DNA from: an uncultured delta proteobacterium
GTDB lineage: Bacteria; Desulfobacterota; Binatia; DP-6
Length of the DNA: 32,000 nt
Assembly (NCBI GenBank): GCA_963815115.1
Contig: CAWFFN010000009.1
Location: forward strand, 46,975 to 78,974
Reading direction: 5' to 3'
This document shows, piece by piece, positions 16,957 to 24,439 of the stretch (the first letter of the stretch is position 1; every line of letters starts with the position of its first letter). A model generated the notes under the pieces. That model had not been told where the DNA came from. It ran no database searches and worked only from the letters and a program-made list of their open reading frames with translations. The position numbers and the translations under genes are program-made.

Positions 16957-18378
16957 ATGCGTTCCAGTAGCACGAAGCGCCCCCGGGGGATGATGATCGT
17001 GACCACGGGCCTCACCTTGGGGCTGATCCTGGCGACGCTGGCGCCGCCGGCGATGTCGGCCGAGGTCGCGGTCGAGTTCCAGCGGCTCGACGGCTTCGTG
17101 TCGCCGGGCACTCCGGCCGAGCTCAACAAGGTCGGGGTTCTGAAGGTGGGTCCGCCACGCGCGCGCAACGTGCTCGTGCTCAATCCCGGGACGTCGGCCA
17201 GCGCCGCCTACTTCGCGCCGCTCGCCAAGACCATCGTGGCCAGGGCGAAGGGCTGGCAGGTGTGGGCCGTCGAGCGCCGGGAGAACCTGCTCGAGGATCA
17301 CACCGTGCTCGACCGGGCCAAGCAAGGAATGGCCACCGGGCAGGAACTCTTCGACTACTACCTCGGCTGGCTCAGCGACCCGAGCATCACGAACCACATC
17401 CAGTTCATCCCGGACGCCGACGTCGCGTACGCGCGGCAGTGGGGCATGAACGTCGAGATCGAGGACCTTCGCCGCGTGGTCAAGCTGGCGCGGAAGGGCG
17501 GCCGGAAGGTCGTCCTGGGAGGCCACTCGCTGGGTGGCTCGATCACCGCGGCCTACGCCACGTGGGACTTCGACGGGAAGCCCGGCGCCAAGGGGCTCTC
17601 CGGTCTGGTGTTCATCGACGGTGGCAGCAGCCCGAGCCCGGTGACGCCGGAGAGAGCGACCGAATCGCTCCAGGCGCTGGAGAACGGATCGCCGTGGCTG
17701 AGCTTCGGTGGCATCCCCGCACCCTTGGCGGGTCTCTTCAGCGCCAGCGGCTCGCTCGGCGCCCTGCTCGACCCGGACTCTCCCTCGCTCGGTCAGGCAT
17801 GGCCGCTGCTGCCGGCCAATCTGAAGCCCCCCGTCCGGGTCACCAACCTGGCGCAATACGGATACGCGCTGGACACCGAGACCTCGCCCCCCTCCCTGAT
17901 CGCGGCCCAGGGGCACCTCGGCCACCTCGCCGCGAGCGGCAACCCGCGCGGCTGGGATCAGGCGGGCGAGATCACACCCATCCAGCGCTTTGCCGAGATG
18001 TTCTCGGGAATCGGCTTGCCGAGCCTGGACGGCACCGCGTGGTATCACCCGATGCGTCTGACGATCGACTCCGGTGCAATCGCGGCCGGCAACCCGAACC
18101 CGGCGCAGAGCATCCTCGACGTCCATGCGACCCACGGGCACGACCTGCCGAAGAAGCTTCGCATCTATGCGTTCGGGGCGGCGCTCGGCGGTCAGAGGGT
18201 CCTCGACGCGGCGACCATCCTCGCCGGCCAGTCGGGCATTCCCGAGCGTCACCTGACGCTGATCGATCGCCACGAGACCTACGCCCACAACGATCCAAAT
18301 TCCGCCAGCCCGCAGAACGACTTCGTCGACGGCCTGGTGCCGTTCCTGACCAGGATCAGGCGGGGCGGGCGCGGCTAG
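16957..18378 (+). CDS. secreted alpha/beta-fold hydrolase (lipase/esterase-like)
   Basis: ATG at 16957 preceded by AGGAGAGGAG (residue 949 of the artefactual 1421-aa ORF 14113-18378). Signal peptide MRSSSTKRPRGMMIVTTGLTLGLILATLAPPAMSAE, nucleophile elbow GGHSLGG, and C-terminal ...HETYAHNDP. Confidence 0.8.
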   Translation: MRSSSTKRPRGMMIVTTGLTLGLILATLAPPAMSAEVAVEFQRLDGFVSPGTPAELNKVGVLKVGPPRARNVLVLNPGTSASAAYFAPLAKTIVARAKGWQVWAVERRENLLEDHTVLDRAKQGMATGQELFDYYLGWLSDPSITNHIQFIPDADVAYARQWGMNVEIEDLRRVVKLARKGGRKVVLGGHSLGGSITAAYATWDFDGKPGAKGLSGLVFIDGGSSPSPVTPERATESLQALENGSPWLSFGGIPAPLAGLFSASGSLGALLDPDSPSLGQAWPLLPANLKPPVRVTNLAQYGYALDTETSPPSLIAAQGHLGHLAASGNPRGWDQAGEITPIQRFAEMFSGIGLPSLDGTAWYHPMRLTIDSGAIAAGNPNPAQSILDVHATHGHDLPKKLRIYAFGAALGGQRVLDAATILAGQSGIPERHLTLIDRHETYAHNDPNSASPQNDFVDGLVPFLTRIRRGGRG

Positions 18379-18383
18379 GAGAG

Positions 18384-18408
18384 CGACCCGAGACTTCGTC
18401 TCGGGTCG
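18384..18408 (+). terminator. 11-bp perfect hairpin (CGACCCGAGAC-TTC-GTCTCGGGTCG) 5 nt after the hydrolase stop; no U-tract
   Basis: Read directly from the sequence. It is the same hairpin family as 31384-31410 and 31631-31657. A terminator role is inferred from position only. Confidence 0.4.
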
Positions 18409-18530
18409 AGACGGAGGGCGGGAATGGACTGCATGAACAATGCGAACGTCGTGCCGCGGCCGGCGTAGCCGGCGCGGCAAACGTTCCGGAGTGCGACTCT
18501 GGAGCTGAGAACGGCATGCGTGTGGGCCGG
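18384..18530 (+). repeat. copy A of a ~150-nt structured intergenic element (hairpin 1, GGAG..GCATGA block, hairpin 2 + AAACG, two further shared blocks)
   Basis: Collinear shared blocks with 31384-31552. Hairpin 1 is at 18384-18408. GGAGGGCGGGAATGGACTGCATGA is at 18414-18436. ACAATGCGAACGTCG precedes hairpin 2, TGCCGCGGCCGGC-GTA-GCCGGCGCGGCA (18452-18479), which is followed by AAACG. TGCGACTCTGGAG is at 18492-18504 and GTGTGGGCCGG at about 18520-18530. Confidence 0.6.
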
Positions 18531-18659
18531 TCAGCACCCATTGGGATGGAGCATCTCGAGCTCGACGTACGGGCCGGCGCGGAGGCTCGCCGGTGACGGC
18601 GCACGGGTCGGCGCCGCTGGACGGCCTATCGGGGCTCGGTTATCGTCCGCGCCTCGCGG

Positions 18660-20906
18660 ATGGAGTACCGCCCGAAGCCTCGCGATACCTCGGCGGTGAC
18701 CCTGCCGGAGGGGCTCAAGCAGCTGACCGAGCAGCTTGCCGAGCAGGCGCACGAGACGTGGGCCGAGCGGCGGATGCGGGAGGGCTGGCAGTACGGGTCC
18801 GCCCGAGACGATGAGCTGAAGCGGCACCCCGATCTCGTTCCCTACGGCGAGCTACCCGAGTCGGAGAAGGAGTACGACCGTGCCGTCGCGCTCCACTCCG
18901 TGAAGACGGTGCTCGCGCTGGGATATCGGATCGATCCGCCGGAGCGCCGGGATGCCGAGGAGGCCACGATCGAGCTCGCGCTCCGGCGCCTGCGCGGTGG
19001 CGAGCGCCTGGTAGTCTCCGACCTGATCGGGCTCTGGCGCTCGGTGACGGACGCCGCCTCGCCGAGCTCACCCGAGGTCTTCGTCCTTCTCGCCAACCGG
19101 CTGCTCGCGCTGGACGAGCCACTGGTCGCCTACGACGTGGTCCACCACGGTCTCGAGCGCTTCCGCGATCACGTGCGATTGCGCCAGCTCCGTGCCGTCG
19201 CCCTCAAACGCAGCGGAGCAGCCGCAGCGGCGAATGCGATCGCCAGCGCGCTGGTTGCCGAGGACCACGCCGACGGCGAGACGCTCGGCATCCTGGCGAG
19301 CACGCACCGGGTTCTGGCGCGACAGGCGCGAACGCGACGCGAGCGCGATCAGGAGCTCGAAACGGCGCAGCTCGCCTACGAGCGGGGCTATCGGGTGGCG
19401 GTCGCGAATGGTGCCCTGGACGACGCGATCTATGCGGGCATCAACGCCGCCTCGGTCGCCTTCCTGCTCGGCCGCGAGCGCGCGGCGCAGGCGACCGCGG
19501 GCGAGGTTCAGCGGCACTGCGAGGCGCGCCTCGCAGACGGCGCAGACTACTGGGCCGAGGCATCCTTCGCCGAGGCGGCGCTCGTCCTCGGCGACCTGGA
19601 AACCGCCCGGAGCTGGTATGCGCGCGCTGCCGCGACCGGTCGCGGCCACTACGCCAACCTCACGGCCACGCGCCAGCAGGCACGCGAGCTCCTGCGCCAC
19701 CGCGGCGACGATGAGCACGGCCTGGATGTCTGCTTCGGCATACCGGTGGTGATCGCGTTCTCGGGCCACATGGTCGACGCGCCGAACCGCTGGCGGCCGC
19801 GCTTTCCCGCTGCGCTCGAGCCCCGGGTCGCGAGCGCCATCGAGGCGGCACTCGAACCGCACCCGGAGATCATCGCGTACGGGGGGGCCGCCGGCGGGGC
19901 CGACATTCTCTTCCTCGAGGCCGCCCTCGCCCGGGGAGGCCAGGTGAACGTGGTCATCCCCGGTCCGATCGAGAGGTACCGCGAGGAGAGCGTCCCGGCA
20001 GCGGGCTCCTGGCGCGCGCGTTTCGATTGCATCCTCGAGCGCGCCGCCCATGTCGAGCTGGTGGATCGTCGCGGCCCCGCCGGTGATGCCAGCAGCTTCG
20101 AGTATGCCAACCTGATCACCGCGGGTCTCGCCAAGCTGCGCGCCGAGCAGCTCCACACCGACCTGCTCCCGCTCGCGGTGTGGGATGGGAGACCCGGCGA
20201 CGGACCGGGCGGGACGGCGAGCGTGGTCGCGCAGTGGCGGGCGCACGGCCCCGAGCCCGAGGTGATCGATCTGCGGTCGATGCTGGCCGGGCTCGGCGCG
20301 GCGGCGAGGTCCGGCGGCGGTCGCACGCCCGCCCGGCGGCGTGGGAGCACACCCTCCCGCCGGCGGCAGCGAATCCTCGCCATGCTGTTCGCGGACGTCG
20401 TCGGCTTCTCGACGCTGGACGACGAGCACATTCCCCGCTTCGTCGCGAAGCTCATGGGTGCCGTCGCCCGCCTCGGGCGCCGCCGCCCCGGCGCCGTGCT
20501 CTCGCGCAACACCTGGGGAGACGGTCTGTACTACGTGTTCCGCTCCGTCGCCGAGGCCGGGCGCTTCGCGCTCGACCTCCGCGACATGGTCGTCGCCACG
20601 GACTGGACGCGTCACGGGTTCCCGCACGCCCTCAACCTGCGTATCGGCCTGCACGCCGGCCCGGTGTACGTGCTGCCCGACCCGGTGCTCGGGCGCAGGA
20701 CCTACAGCGGAACCCACGTCAACTGGGCGGCCCGCATCGAGCCCATCACCGTGCCGGGACAGGTCTACGCCAGCCTTCCCTTCGCGGCCCTGGCGGCCGT
20801 GGAGGACGTACGCGCGTTCGCCTGCGAGTATGCCGGGATGATCCCGCTCGCCAAGAAGTTCGACACCGTCCCCGTGTACCGCGTGAGCCGGCATCGGGCG
20901 CGCTAG
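18660..20906 (+). CDS. multidomain signalling protein: RyR-like domain + helical/TPR (DUF4071-like) region + SLOG/DprA-like Rossmann module + class III adenylate/guanylate cyclase domain
   Basis: 748 aa. RyR-like: LAEQAHETWAERRMREGWQYG...HPDLVPYGELPESEKEYDR. Helical region with YAGINAASVAFLLG. SLOG-like: VVIAFSGHMVD...YGGAAGGADILFLEAALARGGQVNVVIPG...LAVWDG. Cyclase core: LFADVVGFS, NTWGDGLYYVF, LRIGLHAGPV, GTHVNWAARIE. Confidence 0.85.
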   Translation: MEYRPKPRDTSAVTLPEGLKQLTEQLAEQAHETWAERRMREGWQYGSARDDELKRHPDLVPYGELPESEKEYDRAVALHSVKTVLALGYRIDPPERRDAEEATIELALRRLRGGERLVVSDLIGLWRSVTDAASPSSPEVFVLLANRLLALDEPLVAYDVVHHGLERFRDHVRLRQLRAVALKRSGAAAAANAIASALVAEDHADGETLGILASTHRVLARQARTRRERDQELETAQLAYERGYRVAVANGALDDAIYAGINAASVAFLLGRERAAQATAGEVQRHCEARLADGADYWAEASFAEAALVLGDLETARSWYARAAATGRGHYANLTATRQQARELLRHRGDDEHGLDVCFGIPVVIAFSGHMVDAPNRWRPRFPAALEPRVASAIEAALEPHPEIIAYGGAAGGADILFLEAALARGGQVNVVIPGPIERYREESVPAAGSWRARFDCILERAAHVELVDRRGPAGDASSFEYANLITAGLAKLRAEQLHTDLLPLAVWDGRPGDGPGGTASVVAQWRAHGPEPEVIDLRSMLAGLGAAARSGGGRTPARRRGSTPSRRRQRILAMLFADVVGFSTLDDEHIPRFVAKLMGAVARLGRRRPGAVLSRNTWGDGLYYVFRSVAEAGRFALDLRDMVVATDWTRHGFPHALNLRIGLHAGPVYVLPDPVLGRRTYSGTHVNWAARIEPITVPGQVYASLPFAALAAVEDVRAFACEYAGMIPLAKKFDTVPVYRVSRHRAR

Positions 20907-20910
20907 CCTC

Positions 20911-20940
20911 GCCAAGAGAAGGCCCGCCAAGAGAAGGCCC
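20911..20940. repeat. perfect tandem duplication of a 15-mer (GCCAAGAGAAGGCCC x2) followed by a degenerate third copy, between the cyclase stop and the GNAT start
   Basis: Read directly: 20911-20925 and 20926-20940 are identical. ACCGGGAGAAGCG follows and supplies the purine-rich stretch upstream of the ATG at 20956. Confidence 0.8.
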
Positions 20941-20955
20941 ACCGGGAGAAGCGTC

Positions 20956-21456
20956 ATGTCCGACCTTCGGGTCCGCCCCGCCGAGCCGACCGACCTCGCG
21001 CGCTTGACGGCGATCTACAACCACTACGTCGCGGAGACCGCGATCACCTTCGACATCGACAGGCGCGAGGCCGAGGAGCGCCGCGGCTGGTACCTCGACC
21101 ACACCTCCGGACCCGGGCATCGCCTCCTCGTCGTCGAGGAGGGAACGAGTCTCCTCGGGTACGCCGGGAGCGGCACGTTCCGCGCCAAGCGCGCGTACGA
21201 CACGACGGTCGAGACGACCGTCTATCTCGACCCGGCGGCGACCGGGCGCGGCCTCGGCACCCTGCTCTACGCCGCGCTGTTCGATTCGCTGGCGGGCGAG
21301 GACGTCCATCGAGCCGTAGCCGGGATCACGCTGCCCAATCCGGCGTCTCTGGCGCTGCACCGCCGCTTCGGGTTTCGCGAGGTGGGCGTGTTCAAAGAGA
21401 ACGGACGCAAGCTCGGGCGCTACTGGGACGTCGCCTGGCTCGAGCGGCCGGTTTGA
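20956..21456 (+). CDS. GNAT-family N-acetyltransferase (phosphinothricin/MSO acetyltransferase-like)
   Basis: 166 aa. Motifs: IYNHYV..T.ITFD, the acetyl-CoA loop GRGLGTLLY, and ASLALHRRFGFREVGVFKENGRKLGRYWDVAWLE. Confidence 0.85.
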   Translation: MSDLRVRPAEPTDLARLTAIYNHYVAETAITFDIDRREAEERRGWYLDHTSGPGHRLLVVEEGTSLLGYAGSGTFRAKRAYDTTVETTVYLDPAATGRGLGTLLYAALFDSLAGEDVHRAVAGITLPNPASLALHRRFGFREVGVFKENGRKLGRYWDVAWLERPV

Positions 21457-21462
21457 CGTGGG

Positions 21463-22410
21463 CTACCCGGCCGGCGCGACCAGCACCTTCAGCGCGCCAG
21501 GTCTGCCGGCGTGGGCGAAGGCCTCGATGCCCTCCGCGAGCGGGTAGACGGCCTCGACCAGAGGCGCAACCTGGACCGTGCCTGCCACGAGCGCGGCGAG
21601 CGCGGGCGCGAACGGCCCGCAGCGCGAGCCGAGGACGGTGACCTCGTTCACCACCGCCCGCGTGAGGTCGACGCGGTGCTCGGCAGCGATCGTCGTCTTG
21701 AGCACCACGGTCCCGCGCGGCCGGACCAGGGCAAGGGCCGCCGCCAGCCCGCTGGAAGACCCCGTGCTGTCGACGACCAGGTCGGCGTCGGGCGCGGGAG
21801 GGCCGGTGTCGAGCCCGAGCCGCCTCGCGAGCGCGAGCTTCTCGCCGTGACGCCCCGCGAGCGTGACGCGTGCGCCGGCGCCAGCGAGCACCTGCGCGAC
21901 GAGGAGCCCGAGCTTGCCGTCCCCCAGCACGACGACACGCCGGCCGCCGACGTCGCCGAGCTGCTCGAGGATCTCGAAGGCGGCGGCAACGGGCTCGGCG
22001 AAGACGGCGGTCGCGTCCGGGAGCTCGTCGGGCACCCGGTGCAGGACGCGCGACGGAACCGCCAGCAGCTCGGCGAAGGCGCCGTCGGCGCGCACGATGC
22101 CCTGCACCCGGCGCGTCGGGCAGTGGCGCGCCAGCCCGCGGAGGCACGCTGCGCACCGTTCGCAGCCGAAGTTGATCTCGCCGACGACGCGAGCTCCGGA
22201 GAGCGCGGGATCGGGCGCTGCCACCACTTCCCCGACCCACTCGTGCCCCGGCGTTCCCCGGAAGCCGAGGTAGCCGCGACAGATCTCGAGGTCGGTGCGA
22301 CAGATGCCGGCCAGCCGCACGCGTACCAGGGCCTCCCCCGGACCGGCCACCGGGTCGGGCAGGTCCGACGGGAGCCGGAGCCGATCACCGTCCCATCGCA
22401 GCGCTCGCAC
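21463..22410 (-). CDS. zinc-binding MDR-family alcohol dehydrogenase/oxidoreductase
   Basis: 315 aa, GTG start. Motifs: GICRTDLEI, GHEWVGEVV, structural Zn CERCAACLRGLARHC, and NAD fold VVVLGDGKLGLLVAQV. Confidence 0.85.
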   Translation of the reverse strand: MRALRWDGDRLRLPSDLPDPVAGPGEALVRVRLAGICRTDLEICRGYLGFRGTPGHEWVGEVVAAPDPALSGARVVGEINFGCERCAACLRGLARHCPTRRVQGIVRADGAFAELLAVPSRVLHRVPDELPDATAVFAEPVAAAFEILEQLGDVGGRRVVVLGDGKLGLLVAQVLAGAGARVTLAGRHGEKLALARRLGLDTGPPAPDADLVVDSTGSSSGLAAALALVRPRGTVVLKTTIAAEHRVDLTRAVVNEVTVLGSRCGPFAPALAALVAGTVQVAPLVEAVYPLAEGIEAFAHAGRPGALKVLVAPAG

Positions 22411-22436
22411 GGCTCCGCGAGGCTACACCCGTCGCG

Positions 22437-22765
22437 GCTGGTGGCAATGGCCGCACGCGTCGAGCTAGCAGAGCTCGCATGATGCAGTTCGAGCTCACGG
22501 CCCGGTGCGGCGTCTCACCTACAAGGCCGCGTGGCCGATCGACCAGGGAATAACGGCGCCGATCCTCTCGTCCTATGCCAAGGCCTTCGGAGCCGATCAC
22601 GCCATGAAGATCACCACCGATGCCGTCCAGATCTTCGGCGGCTACGGCTACATGAAGGAGTATCCGGTCGAGAAGCTCATGCGGGACGGCAAGCTGCTTC
22701 AGATCCACGAAGGAACCAGCCAGATCCAGCGGGTGGTGATTGCCCGGAACCTCCTGAAAGGGTGA
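22437..22765 (+). pseudogene. remnant of an acyl-CoA dehydrogenase gene (only the last ~85-100 codons, with a scrambled 5' junction)
   Basis: ORF 22505-22765 translates to [14 protein letters not shown]...[47 protein letters not shown], the C-terminal helices of a short/medium-chain ACAD. The ~300 N-terminal codons are absent. Upstream, ACAD-like bits appear in two other frames ([14 protein letters not shown] ending at 22482, and MMQFELTAR from 22479). Confidence 0.75.
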
Positions 22766-22815
22766 TTCGACTTTCTGAATTGACATCTCTGGCCTGGCAC
22801 GGCTAGAGGACAGCC

Positions 22816-23316
22816 ATGGGGTGGGAGAACAACGTACCGGGTGTACGGCTCGACTGGTCGATCTGGATCAAGGGATTGGGCAAGCAGGCGCGTCGCGTCC
22901 GCGAGTTCCTCGGGTTGTCCCAGGAGCAGGTGGCCAGACTCGCCGGCGTGAGCCAGGGAGCGGTGAGCCGCTTCGAGGGAGGCCGGGGGCTCGCAACCCC
23001 CCTTCTCGTCGTGATGAAGGTGAATGCCGCGTTGCGTAGCGGCGTGGCGGCGATGGATCACGACGTGCTCTCCGACGATGCGCGGCGCCTGTTCTCGTTC
23101 GAGGCCTACGGCTTGCAGGAGAATCCCGATGCGGCTCCTCCGATGACGAAGGAGCCCGAGCTGGAGGAACTGATCCGGCTCTACCGCGACCTGCCCGAAC
23201 GACAGCGCCAGCGCCTCCTGACCGTCGTTCGCGCCACCGCGGCGGCGCTCGGGGCGCCGGAGGCGGCGGTCGTCCGGGAGCACCTGCAATCGAACGTCGC
23301 GGACTCCCCGCTCTGA
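22816..23316 (+). CDS. XRE-family helix-turn-helix transcriptional regulator with a C-terminal extension
   Basis: 166 aa. HTH: RRVREFLGLSQEQVARLAGVSQGAVSRFEGG. GAGGA lies 5 nt upstream of the ATG. Confidence 0.8.
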   Translation: MGWENNVPGVRLDWSIWIKGLGKQARRVREFLGLSQEQVARLAGVSQGAVSRFEGGRGLATPLLVVMKVNAALRSGVAAMDHDVLSDDARRLFSFEAYGLQENPDAAPPMTKEPELEELIRLYRDLPERQRQRLLTVVRATAAALGAPEAAVVREHLQSNVADSPL

Positions 23317-23366
23317 TCGCGGCGCCGGTTGACCCTCGCGCGCACCTCTCGTAAGGGAGGCGCGCC

Positions 23367-24428
23367 ATGGCCGTGGTTCGCAAGCAGCGCGGGCATTTTC
23401 TCGAGGATTTTCGCCCGGGCGACGTCTATCGCCACAAGGGCGGCAAGACGATCACCGAGGGGTTGTTCGCCATCTTCACCGACTTCTCGATGACGACCAA
23501 CCCGCTGTCGAAGAACGCCCGCTACGCGCGTGCCTACGGGTTCGACGGTCTGGTCGTCCCGCCGGGGCTCGTCATGCTGGCGGTGTTCAGCCAGAGCGTG
23601 GAGGACGTCTCGGAGAACGCTCGGGCCAACCTCGAGTACATCGACATGCGCTTCGGGGTGCCGGTCTACCTCGGTGACACCCTCGAAGCCGAGACCCTCG
23701 TTCTCGGCGTGAAGGGCTCGTCGAGCAATCCGATGCTCGGCGTGGTGCACGTCCAGACCACGGGCCGCAACCAGGACGGCGACGTGGTGCTGACCTTCCA
23801 GCGCAAGGTCCAGGTGTGGAAGCGCGATCGTGACGCTTCGCTGCACGAGCGCGAGGTCGCGCCCGCGCGCATCGAGGCCTCGCTCACGCTGCCGGCGTAC
23901 GACCCCGCGCGCCGCTACGGCGATCTCGCCCACCTCACCAACGACGACTCGTATCTCGAGGACTTCACCCCCGGCGACGTCGTCGAGCACTCGCGCGGGC
24001 GTGTGGTCACGACCGACCACGTCATGCTCACCGGCATCCTCGACAACACCTCGCAGGTGCACTGCAACCAGTGGATGGTGTCGCAGGATCCGGATCGATT
24101 CGTCGGCGGACAGCTGATCGTTTTCGGCGGCATCCCGTTCAACCTCTGCCTCGGCATCTCGTCCGCCGACCTGGGCGACAACTCGCTGGGCGACATCCGC
24201 TACGCCACCGGCAGACACACGGCGCCGATCTTCGCAGGCGACACGGTCTTCGCGAGCACGGAGATTCGCGGCATCGCGGATTTTCCGGGGCGTGCCGACC
24301 TCGGTGTGCTGAGCGCGACGTTGCGCGGCCACAAGTTCGCCAAGAAGGACGACCGGGTCGAGCGGATCGAGATCTTCTACCTCGAGCGCGAGATCGCCGT
24401 GAAGCGCCGGAGCCACTACACCGTCTGA
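23367..24428 (+). CDS. double MaoC-like hot-dog enoyl-CoA hydratase (mesaconyl-CoA / 2-methylfumaryl-CoA hydratase-like)
   Basis: 353 aa with two hot-dog halves. The pattern GHFLEDFRPGDVY.H..GKTITEG...NLEYIDMRFGVPVYLGDTL...VLTFQRKVQVWKRD resembles my memory of Mch-type hydratases. The specific substrate is not proven. Confidence 0.7.
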   Translation: MAVVRKQRGHFLEDFRPGDVYRHKGGKTITEGLFAIFTDFSMTTNPLSKNARYARAYGFDGLVVPPGLVMLAVFSQSVEDVSENARANLEYIDMRFGVPVYLGDTLEAETLVLGVKGSSSNPMLGVVHVQTTGRNQDGDVVLTFQRKVQVWKRDRDASLHEREVAPARIEASLTLPAYDPARRYGDLAHLTNDDSYLEDFTPGDVVEHSRGRVVTTDHVMLTGILDNTSQVHCNQWMVSQDPDRFVGGQLIVFGGIPFNLCLGISSADLGDNSLGDIRYATGRHTAPIFAGDTVFASTEIRGIADFPGRADLGVLSATLRGHKFAKKDDRVERIEIFYLEREIAVKRRSHYTV

Positions 24429-24439
24429 TCTCCGCGCTC

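Noticed and set aside
14113-18378. A single 1421-aa ORF spanning four genes
   Set aside because: Only its last 473 codons (from the ATG at 16957, with RBS and signal peptide) make a sensible protein. The upstream part is an out-of-frame shadow of the two ACAD genes and the M14 gene, which have clear motifs in their own frames. The same reasoning applies to 14123-16615 and 16621-18537 on the minus strand.
18433-18468. Small ORFs inside the repeated element (MNNANVVPRPA at 18433-18468; a 34-aa MSRPVTRASAVPRPAQLARQ... at 31436-31540), each after a GGAG-like stretch
   Set aside because: The two copies share only the VPRPA stretch, which coincides with the stem of hairpin 2. Copy A stops inside the hairpin loop while copy B reads on for 23 more codons. 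The substitutions between copies preserve base pairing rather than amino acids. Structure conservation explains the data better than a peptide, although a micro-ORF cannot be fully excluded.
18660-20906. The cyclase as part of a Pycsar/CBASS-like anti-phage signalling operon
   Set aside because: Those systems pair the nucleotide-generating enzyme with an adjacent effector (TIR, transmembrane, nuclease, phospholipase and so on). The neighbours here are a secreted alpha/beta hydrolase separated by a 281-bp structured spacer and a GNAT acetyltransferase. Neither looks like a cyclic-nucleotide-activated effector, and no cNMP-binding domain is visible nearby. I therefore describe it as a stand-alone signalling protein.
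22795-22810. A sigma-54-like TGGCAC upstream of the XRE gene, and a TTGACA at 22780-22785
   Set aside because: The TGGCAC is not followed by TTGC at the -12 spacing (the sequence is TGGCAC GGCTA GAGG). The TTGACA lacks a convincing -10 hexamer at 16-18 nt (CTAGAG/TAGAGG). Neither is good enough to call a promoter.
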